Source: Thermodesulfobacteriota bacterium (GTDB lineage: Bacteria > Desulfobacterota > WTBG01 > JAGOGO01). Taken from it: a stretch of 32,000 bases of DNA. This document shows, in pieces, positions 20,188 to 26,421 of the stretch. The stretch is taken from contig CP113000.1 in the NCBI GenBank assembly GCA_026625185.1, positions 60,001-92,000 on the forward strand. Reading direction: 5' to 3'. The notes below the pieces were generated by a model that saw only the letters and a program-made list of their open reading frames with translations, did no database searches and was not told the origin of the DNA. Made by a program: the position numbers and the translations under genes. Within the stretch, counting starts at the first letter, position 1. Every line of letters starts with the position of its first letter.

Positions 20188-20532
20188 TCAGATGCGCTTA
20201 AAAAAATCAACCAGTTCTTTAAAAAGAGCAGAATATTTTAGATAAGATGAACCTGGTTTAGCGATAAATAAAATGTCACTAGCTTCTGGTAGGTGCTCTT
20301 TATGTAATCTAAAAAATTCTCTCAACAAACGTTTCACCCGATTTCTTATTACTGCTCCCCCAACTTTTTTGCTGACCGTGATTCCTAATCTCCGTATAGC
20401 TTCTTTGTTACCGGGAAAAATAATGATCGAAAAATTTTGAGTATTATATCTGATGCCCTGTTGATATATTGTGAGAAATTCCGATCGTTTAGTTATCCGT
20501 TCTTGTTTTTTTAAACTAAAAGCTACCATCAA
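20188..20532 (-). CDS. rnpA: Ribonuclease P protein component
   Basis: 114 aa, basic, with the RNR-like motif GGAVIRNRVKRLLRE. It sits between rpmH and yidD. Confidence 0.9.
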   Translation of the reverse strand: MMVAFSLKKQERITKRSEFLTIYQQGIRYNTQNFSIIIFPGNKEAIRRLGITVSKKVGGAVIRNRVKRLLREFFRLHKEHLPEASDILFIAKPGSSYLKYSALFKELVDFFKRI

Positions 20533-20627
20533 ATGAGGGCGTTCTTCGCTAAAAATATGATGGCACCTGTCAATTGTTTAATTTAACATGTTAAGTTTAT
20601 TAAAAAATTAACAGAAAAAACCAATGG

Positions 20628-20762
20628 TCAAACGGTCAGCCTTTTTCTTCCTTTAGCTCTTCTATTTTTTAGAATTAATTGACCAGCTCTGGTTTGCATC
20701 CTGGTTCTAAATCCATGGGTCCGTTTACGGCGATAATTATTCGGTTGAAATGTTCTTTTCAT
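20628..20762 (-). CDS. rpmH: 50S ribosomal protein L34
   Basis: Too short for the ORF track. Codon-by-codon hand translation gives [44 protein letters not shown] (44 aa). Confidence 0.92.
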   Translation of the reverse strand: MKRTFQPNNYRRKRTHGFRTRMQTRAGQLILKNRRAKGRKRLTV

Positions 20763-20784
20763 TCTTCTTCTCCAAAATCTTTTA

Positions 20785-20812
20785 ATTTTACCCTATTTAT
20801 TTTTTTTGTCAA
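20785..20812 (-). promoter_or_regulatory. Near-consensus sigma70 promoter upstream of rpmH
   Basis: On the reverse strand: TTGACA (20812-20807), a 16-nt spacer, then TAAAAT (20790-20785). It is followed by GGAGAA and the rpmH ATG at 20762. Confidence 0.55.
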
Positions 20813-20815
20813 GCT

Positions 20816-21079
20816 TTACTCTTTTTTTATCCTTACAACCCACGCCCCTTTTTCAAAAATTTTTGGTCCTTGTTTCCCCCCGATAACGAGGTCTCCTTCT
20901 CGGGAAAAAATTATTTCATTATCATCAATAGATTTAATATTAACATCAACCGGGGTGTTGGAAGAACCAAAGGGAAACTGGGCATAAGAATATTTCGGGG
21001 GAGCAAGAAAGGCTATTTTAAACAGACAAATAGCGATTACAGTAATGACTATTTTTAGATATACATCCATTGTGACCAT
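20816..21079 (-). CDS. Hypothetical small N-terminally anchored or secreted protein (87 aa)
   Basis: AAGGAG lies 9 nt upstream of the ATG. The N-terminal hydrophobic segment is YLKIVITVIAICLFKIAFLA, followed by a ~55-aa soluble part. I recognise no family. Confidence 0.55.
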   Translation of the reverse strand: MVTMDVYLKIVITVIAICLFKIAFLAPPKYSYAQFPFGSSNTPVDVNIKSIDDNEIIFSREGDLVIGGKQGPKIFEKGAWVVRIKKE

Positions 21080-21103
21080 GTTAAAAACTCCTTTAAAAAT
21101 TGT

Positions 21104-21295
21104 CTACTCTTGCAAGGTTACGGCTTCATCAACAAGCATCACCGGGATGTCGTCTTTAATCAAATAGGCTAGGTTGCAGTGACGGCAAATGAGTTGTTGT
21201 TTTTCTTCCTGGTATTCAAGATCTCCAGTACAACCTGGCTCGCGCACACATTTTGGGCACGCTAAAACATTAAGCAACTCTTTACTTAAAGCCAT
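21104..21295 (-). CDS. Trm112/YcaR-like (UPF0434) zinc-ribbon protein
   Basis: 63 aa: LLNVLACPKC....L.Y......LICRHCNLAYLIKDDIPVMLVDEA, the recalled Trm112p-like pattern. In enterobacteria ycaR sits beside lpxK and kdsB, consistent with the neighbours here. Confidence 0.7.
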   Translation of the reverse strand: MALSKELLNVLACPKCVREPGCTGDLEYQEEKQQLICRHCNLAYLIKDDIPVMLVDEAVTLQE

Positions 21296-22362
21296 AACTT
21301 CGCCCCTCTTTCTGTTTTATTGATAGAAGCAAGCATTTCTTCTGTAGCCTCCCAAACTTCTTTTACCGTTATTTCCTTCATGCAATCATTGGCAGAGCAC
21401 GTCCGCTTAAAACAAGGTTGACAATCAGTTGTTTTCATAATAACCCGATGGCCTTCTCCATAAGGGCCAGTAAGCTTTGGGTCAGTAGGGCCAAATAATG
21501 CGACTACCGGAGTTCCCATGGCAGAAGCTAAGTGCATTGGGCCTGAGTCGGGGGTAATGACAACATCAGCCTGCTTTTGTAAAAATGCCAACTCATTTAA
21601 AGACCACCTGCCGGCAGTGTTAGTCGCAGCAAACTTCATCTGACCGGTAATCCGTTCGATCAAATAAAAATCATTTGCGCTTCCGGTAAAAGCAACCTGC
21701 GCCCCCGTTTTTTCCTGCAACCAATCTCCTAAAACCGCCCACTTTTCCTCGATCCACATTTTTGTTTTCCACCGAGTACCAGGATGAAGAAGTATTAGAG
21801 GTTTATCAAGAGTTATATCGTTCTCTTGCAAAAACTTTAATACTCGATCTCGATGATTTTGTCGAATAGGAATAAAAAATTCTGGATTCAAACGAGAGCA
21901 CCCCAAGGATGCAATCAAAAAAAGATATCTTTCAACCGCATGAAGAGGAGTTTTAGGGAAAGAAATTTTTTCGTTTAGAAAAATATGGGCTCTTTCTCGA
22001 ACAGGCGCAAAACCCAGTTTTCGTTTTCCCCGGGAAACCCCTACAAATATCCCGCTCTTTAATAACCCTTGAAAATCAATAACAAAATCATATGAACACG
22101 ATCGCAAATCTTTACAAAAAACATTCCCTTCCTGAACGATCTGGGGCAATTTGACAGGGTTGCTTAATGCTCTTATCCATCTATTCTTTCGTGAAATTAT
22201 GATCTGGTCAACCAAGGGGTGGCCCTTAATGAGTTCCGCGGCTTCTTCTTCAACCAACCAGGAAATTTTAGCATCAGGAAATTTTTTTTTCAATGGGATA
22301 AGCACTGGCAACGTCTGAATTACATCACCTAAAGAACTAAGTTTAATGATAAGGATTTTCAT
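21286..22362 (-). CDS. Glycosyltransferase family 9 (LPS heptosyltransferase I-like)
   Basis: From ATG 22362 (GAAGGG SD) the protein begins MKILIIKLSSLGDVIQTLPVL..LKK.FP.AKISWLVEE, resembling the WaaC-type N-terminus. The C-terminal part has DSGPMHLA.A.GTP.VALFGPT. The 27-codon upstream in-frame extension (to 22443) has no SD. I cannot assign acceptor or donor specificity. Confidence 0.8.
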   Translation of the reverse strand: MKILIIKLSSLGDVIQTLPVLIPLKKKFPDAKISWLVEEEAAELIKGHPLVDQIIISRKNRWIRALSNPVKLPQIVQEGNVFCKDLRSCSYDFVIDFQGLLKSGIFVGVSRGKRKLGFAPVRERAHIFLNEKISFPKTPLHAVERYLFLIASLGCSRLNPEFFIPIRQNHRDRVLKFLQENDITLDKPLILLHPGTRWKTKMWIEEKWAVLGDWLQEKTGAQVAFTGSANDFYLIERITGQMKFAATNTAGRWSLNELAFLQKQADVVITPDSGPMHLASAMGTPVVALFGPTDPKLTGPYGEGHRVIMKTTDCQPCFKRTCSANDCMKEITVKEVWEATEEMLASINKTERGAKLWL

Positions 22363-22428
22363 CCCTTCACTGTTTGACAACCGGCAGCCTCTGAAGAATA
22401 AAGTTGCTTTGAAATAGTTTTTGTTTTT

Positions 22429-22556
22429 AATACCAAGTTGCATTCAAAAGTAGATCGAGGCGGCGACGAGGAATCGACGCAGGCGTACATTTAAGTACGT
22501 CGAGGAGTATGACGAGGAGCCAACAAAAATATACAAATGAAGGCGACTTGGTATAA
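22429..22556. other. Inverted-repeat-bounded GC-rich structured element in the GT9 upstream region
   Basis: Arms TAATACCAAGTTGC (22429-22442) and GCGACTTGGTATAA (22543-22556) pair at 13 of 14 positions (one G-U). Inside are two direct repeats CGAGG-N4/5-GACGAGGA (22456-22472 and 22501-22518) flanking the palindrome CGTAC-ATTTAA-GTACG (22484-22499). Confidence 0.5.
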
Positions 22557-22586
22557 GTGAAAAAACAAAGGATAATTTGTCCCTTT

Positions 22587-22626
22587 AAAAAAGAAAAACC
22601 CCCTCTTTTTGCCCTAAAGAGGGGGG
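22587..22626 (-). terminator. Rho-independent terminator after the PagL-like gene
   Basis: A perfect 10-bp stem, CCCCCTCTTT (22599-22608) with AAAGAGGGGG (22616-22625), and a 7-nt loop. On the minus strand it is followed by TTTTTCTTTTTT (reverse complement of 22587-22598). It lies ~50 nt past the stop at 22677. Confidence 0.8.
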
Positions 22627-22676
22627 AAAGTGTTCTTTGTTCCTATTAATAAAAGCTTAAACCTTGTTAGAAAAGT

Positions 22677-23267
22677 TTATTTAAAGAAATAGGCAATTCC
22701 AAGTCCGCCTCTCGTCATATTTAACCCTGAATTGTGTTTATAAAAACCAGCATTGGACATGTGCTGGACCCGAAAATCCGCCTGAATCGCTACCTTTGGA
22801 CTGACAAATAAGTTAAAACCTACTCCGCCTTGAGAAAGAAAATTAAAATCATTAGGAAAACCTTCCATTGAGAGATTGGTGTGATACACGCCAATACCGA
22901 TCTCAAAAAAGGGTTTAAAGCAATCACTCCAGAGGAAATTATAGCGCAGAAGGCCGGAAAGCCCTATGCCATACCGATCCTGATCTAAAACGTAATCATA
23001 TGTCGCCTCGCCCAAAATCTCGAAATTTCCGTTTAAAATCGAAGGCCCCATGGGATTTGTAAACACATACCCATACCGAAGGTTAAGGGGGACCATATCA
23101 ATGTCACTGTTGCTGCTGAAAGAGTCGGAATACCCGGAACCAATTCCAAACTCCTTGGTTCCTTTTTTAAGAAGGGAAGCATCGTCCTCTGCCCAGGAAA
23201 AATTCGGAATAAAAACCAAACAAACAACAAATAAAATACCGACCCATCTCATTGTCATCCCTTTCAT
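22677..23267 (-). CDS. PagL-like lipid A 3-O-deacylase / acyloxyacyl hydrolase family outer-membrane protein
   Basis: 196 aa with a signal peptide (MRWVGILFVVCLVFIPNFSWA), alternating beta-barrel-like sequence ending in ..AYFF, and FRVQHMSNAG, which matches the recalled HxSN(A/G) catalytic motif of PagL (PF09411). AGGAGG SD. Confidence 0.6.
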   Translation of the reverse strand: MKGMTMRWVGILFVVCLVFIPNFSWAEDDASLLKKGTKEFGIGSGYSDSFSSNSDIDMVPLNLRYGYVFTNPMGPSILNGNFEILGEATYDYVLDQDRYGIGLSGLLRYNFLWSDCFKPFFEIGIGVYHTNLSMEGFPNDFNFLSQGGVGFNLFVSPKVAIQADFRVQHMSNAGFYKHNSGLNMTRGGLGIAYFFK

Positions 23268-23361
23268 ATTTTCCTCCTTTTTTCTTTCAGGTCTATCTTC
23301 CGTTGCAACGAATTAAATTATTGGTTTAAACTTTTTGTTTAGGTTTTTAATATTTAATATA

Positions 23362-24453
23362 TTAAAATTTATAAGGCAAGTATTTTTTTAAGACATCTTG
23401 AAATTTTTCATCATTTTCAATTTTAAATTCTATCTTCAAAACTAAAATATCACATTCTGGTAAGGAAAGCGACTTCAGCTTCACCGCGTCCTTTTCGGTG
23501 GTAACAAAAATAGAGTTTTTATCTATCGTTGTTAACTCCTTTGGATGATAGAAATGATGGTCAGGAAAAAACAGGGTTTCTTTTACCTTGGCTCCCATTT
23601 GAGAAAGAAAAGAGACAAAATATTCAGGACGAGCCACTCCTGCTAGGGCCTTCACTGCTTTCCCGTGGAGGAAGTCCAAGGAAAGTTTTTCTTGGGAGGT
23701 AAGGTTTTCAAGTCCCACGGGAATATAATCAGCAAAAAAAACAGGGACATTAAGGTTAAACGTATGGATTATTGACTTTATTTTTTCGTAATTCTTGTCC
23801 GCATGAGTAACCAAAACAAGATGCGCTCTTCGTATACTTTCTGGGGGTTCACGTAAATTTCCACGGGGAAGGAGGTACCCGTTTCCTAAAGGACTGCGAC
23901 CATCGAGAAGAAGGATATCTAAATCCCTTTTTAGTTTGATGTGCTGAAAACCGTCATCCAAGAGAGCAACATCAATTGAAAAATTATTTTGCGCGTATTC
24001 TCCTGCCAATCCCCGGTCTTTGCCGGTTAAGACTACTATTCCCGGCAATTTCTGGGCTATTAAAAAGGGCTCATCTCCCGCTTCACCAGGCACCAACCTC
24101 ACCTTCTTACCATCAGAGACAACATTGACGGCGCCTGGAGCGGCCCCTCTGTATCCCCGGCTTAAGACTCCCACCCGTTTCCCCATACTTTGTAAGAGGC
24201 GTGCTAAATAAATTGTCATGGGAGTTTTTCCCGTTCCGCCAACCGTTAGGTTTCCAATACTAATGACGGGGATAGAAAGCTTCCGGGCGTGAAGAAACCC
24301 CTTGTGATAAGCTTGATTCCGAAAAATGACTGCCTGTTTGTATAAGGAGGAAATTAAGGTCAAGGGTGAAAGCAAAATTTGCTTGCCCTTTTTCTTTTCA
24401 GGAGAAAAGAAATATTTTACAAAAGCATTCTGAAATTTGTCTACTGCTCTCAA
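23362..24453 (-). CDS. lpxK: Tetraacyldisaccharide 4'-kinase
   Basis: 363 aa containing VISIGNLTVGGTGKTPMTIYLARLL (LpxK P-loop context), LSRGY and LLDDGFQH motifs. Confidence 0.9.
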   Translation of the reverse strand: MRAVDKFQNAFVKYFFSPEKKKGKQILLSPLTLISSLYKQAVIFRNQAYHKGFLHARKLSIPVISIGNLTVGGTGKTPMTIYLARLLQSMGKRVGVLSRGYRGAAPGAVNVVSDGKKVRLVPGEAGDEPFLIAQKLPGIVVLTGKDRGLAGEYAQNNFSIDVALLDDGFQHIKLKRDLDILLLDGRSPLGNGYLLPRGNLREPPESIRRAHLVLVTHADKNYEKIKSIIHTFNLNVPVFFADYIPVGLENLTSQEKLSLDFLHGKAVKALAGVARPEYFVSFLSQMGAKVKETLFFPDHHFYHPKELTTIDKNSIFVTTEKDAVKLKSLSLPECDILVLKIEFKIENDEKFQDVLKKYLPYKF

Positions 24454-24501
24454 AAAGCACCTTGTGAAAATCCAAAAAAATTCTTAGGTAATTTGATAAA
24501 A

Positions 24502-24637
24502 CGGTAAAAAGTCGAAAATCGCGGGTTTTTTCATTCTGAGTCCTTCGATAAACTCAGGACAGGCCCTGTAGAAGCATGACGTGATATCAATTACCTATGT
24601 CACCCTTCGACAGGGTGACATCTCCGACTTTTTACGT
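24502..24637. repeat. Inverted-repeat-bounded double-hairpin element (possible MITE/REP-like element or complex terminator)
   Basis: A perfect 11-bp inverted repeat, GTAAAAAGTCG (24504-24514) and CGACTTTTTAC (24625-24635), encloses two hairpins: CTGAGT-ccttcgataa-ACTCAG (24536-24557) and TGTCACCC-ttcgaca-GGGTGACA (24598-24620). Both contain CCTTCGA. Confidence 0.55.
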
Positions 24638-24642
24638 ACCTG

Positions 24643-25470
24643 TCAATTTTTTGTTACTATGTGCAGGAAAAGGTCGCCACTATGGTTTCCCATATCGCTT
24701 TCTTTACCTTTCCCTTTGAGTCTCAAATAGGTCCCGGGATTGAGCCCCGGAGGAATTTTTACCAAAAACTTTTCCAGCTTCCCCCTTCTTTTTACCGCAA
24801 TCTGTTTTTCGGTCCCGGTTGCAGCTTCTTCCGGCGTGATAGCTAACCAATAATAAAGGTTTTTTTCTTCGTTATTCTTTGGGAGCGAGAAAATCTTTTT
24901 TAACAAAAATGCAGCCGCCTTTTCACCGATTTTCCCTATCAAACTCCTTTGTTGCGTTGACTTTTTTACCGGCGTAACGATATCTTTATTAAATATATTA
25001 TCATAGAAGGTGCGGGTAAATCCCCCCGGCCCGAAAAAAAATAGACCACCAAAGACAACCCCTTTTCCTCCAAAAAAGACTTGGTTGAAAAACCGGTTGT
25101 CAAATCGAAAGCCATACCTGTTAAACTCTTGGCTTAAGTCCTGGAAAACCTCGCGGGCAAAAGGGTTAGAAAATACATCCCGCAAAATGTCTTCCTGAGT
25201 ATAGCCAAAACCTCCTCCTGCTGCCCCCTGGTCAAACCCATAATCTCGTATCCGGTCATAACGCCTCTTTTTTCCCGGGTCAATCAGCACACCATATGCT
25301 TCGCTGATCTCTTTGAATTTTTCCTCAGCATGGGGGTCACCAGGATTTCGGTCAGGATGGCACTTCAGGGCAAGCCTTCGATATGCTTTTTTTATCTCCT
25401 CATCCGAAGCAGTGCGAGAGATATCTAAAATCTGGTAGTAATCTTTTGTAAAAAAATCTTTTCGAGCCAT
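24643..25470 (-). CDS. J-domain (DnaJ-like) protein without zinc-finger domain
   Basis: The N-terminus [60 protein letters not shown] is a J domain with HPD. It is followed by a Phe/Gly-rich stretch and a single DnaJ_C-like segment ([21 protein letters not shown]....GDLFLHI). No CxxCxGxG repeats are present. Confidence 0.85.
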   Translation of the reverse strand: MARKDFFTKDYYQILDISRTASDEEIKKAYRRLALKCHPDRNPGDPHAEEKFKEISEAYGVLIDPGKKRRYDRIRDYGFDQGAAGGGFGYTQEDILRDVFSNPFAREVFQDLSQEFNRYGFRFDNRFFNQVFFGGKGVVFGGLFFFGPGGFTRTFYDNIFNKDIVTPVKKSTQQRSLIGKIGEKAAAFLLKKIFSLPKNNEEKNLYYWLAITPEEAATGTEKQIAVKRRGKLEKFLVKIPPGLNPGTYLRLKGKGKESDMGNHSGDLFLHIVTKN

Positions 25471-25575
25471 AGGAATGTATGGTTGAGTTTCCGTTTTTAA
25501 CGTTTTAAATTATTAATATCTAATATCATATTATCACCCGCAAAATAAATTAATTTTTGGGAAAAAAAGAATTCA

Positions 25576-25604
25576 TTTACCATTTATCAAAATTCGGTTA
25601 TAAT
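25576..25604 (+). promoter_or_regulatory. Candidate sigma70 promoter for the lipoprotein gene
   Basis: TTTACC (25576-25581), a 17-nt spacer, then a perfect TATAAT (25599-25604), ~40 nt upstream of ATG 25644. Confidence 0.45.
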
Positions 25605-25643
25605 TTTCGCAAAAATTCTTAACTCTTTTTGGGGGAGAAGAAT

Positions 25644-26024
25644 ATGAAAAAACTTGGAATCCACCTGTTAATTCTCTTCATTATTTTCGGATGTGCATCC
25701 ACGGTTGAACAACTTCGAACCAAAAACCGGGAAAATTTGCTCCGCCTCTCCCTTGGAATGACTAAATTTGATGTTCTCCAAATCATGGGAACAGGAACCA
25801 TAGAGTCGGTTAACAATCCTTATCGAGTAGAAACCCCAAAAGGCAAAGATGGCTCGTTATACGAAGTATTATTTTATAATACTGACAAAAAAAAGAAGGG
25901 CGATAGGATTGCTGACCGTGATCTGACACCGCTAGTATTTAAAAATAACTCCTTGATCGGCTGGGGATGGGCATTTTTAATTGAAGTCGTGCCGAATTAC
26001 CAACACCAAATCGAAGTCAAATAA
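25644..26024 (+). CDS. Lipoprotein, DUF3192-like / BamE-like fold
   Basis: From ATG 25644 (GGGGAG SD) the protein begins MKKLGIHLLILFIIFGC, a lipobox-like signal. NRENLLRLSLGMTKFDVLQIMGT...NPYR.E....EVLFYNT...DLTPLVFKNNSLIGWG matches my recollection of the DUF3192 pattern. No search was run. The track start 25629 is a TTG. Confidence 0.5.
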   Translation: MKKLGIHLLILFIIFGCASTVEQLRTKNRENLLRLSLGMTKFDVLQIMGTGTIESVNNPYRVETPKGKDGSLYEVLFYNTDKKKKGDRIADRDLTPLVFKNNSLIGWGWAFLIEVVPNYQHQIEVK

Positions 26025-26130
26025 TACGACTCTATCCTGACCTTCTCTCTGGGGGGTAGGTTTGACCATTTAACCCTTTGACCTTTCGACCCTGCGACTT
26101 TTTTTTTATAAAAACAGGAGAAGAGAACAT

Positions 26131-26340
26131 ATGAAAAAAATCACCAGCCTAAAAATAACCAACGCAATTCTTCTTATCCTCTTTCTTTGCCAGGCTACCA
26201 CCGGCTTAGCTCATCCATTGTTTGGAGACGAATTATTTGAAATCCTCCACCCGATAGTGGGCGTCCTCCTGATTATTATCGGTATCGTGCATATCGTACT
26301 GAATTGGGGATGGGTAAAGGCTAATTTATTAACCCATTAA
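26131..26340 (+). CDS. Small two-helix membrane protein (DUF4405-like?)
   Basis: 69 aa with a GGAG SD 10 nt upstream. It has two hydrophobic helices with His residues (..GLAHPLF.., ..GIVHIVLNWGWVK), reminiscent of DUF4405. This assignment is weak. Confidence 0.4.
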   Translation: MKKITSLKITNAILLILFLCQATTGLAHPLFGDELFEILHPIVGVLLIIIGIVHIVLNWGWVKANLLTH

Positions 26341-26421
26341 TTTCAGGGAGTCTCAAAATCAAAGCGGGGATCAGAAAAAAGTAATTGGCCTGAAATAAGG
26401 TTTTACGAAAACTGGTGATAC

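Noticed and set aside
20763-20815. Possible oriC or DnaA boxes next to rpmH
   Set aside because: I found no TTATCCACA-like 9-mers here. The only near match I noticed is an isolated TTATCCAAA at about 6768-6776 in the rpsH-rpsN spacer. The spacer upstream of rpmH is explained by a sigma70 promoter.
22363-22443. 27-codon N-terminal extension of the GT9 ORF (MQLGIKNKNYFKATLFFRGCRLSNSEG)
   Set aside because: It has no SD, whereas the internal ATG at 22362 has GAAGGG and yields the canonical GT9 N-terminus MKILIIK.SSLGD.
22359-22490. 43-codon minus-strand uORF (MYACVDSSSPPRSTFECNLVLKTKTISKQLYSSEAAGCQTVKG) whose TGA overlaps the GT9 ATG (ATGA)
   Set aside because: It has no SD upstream of its ATG and an unremarkable composition, and it spans the structured element. 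It is most likely a chance ORF, although translational coupling cannot be excluded without ribosome-profiling data.
25471-25560. Heat-shock control element (CIRCE or a sigma32-type promoter) upstream of the J-domain gene
   Set aside because: No TTAGCACTC-N9-GAGTGCTAA-like inverted repeat and no CTTGAAA/CCCCAT pair are present. The AT-rich palindromes (for example AATATctaatatcATATT) carry too little information to call.
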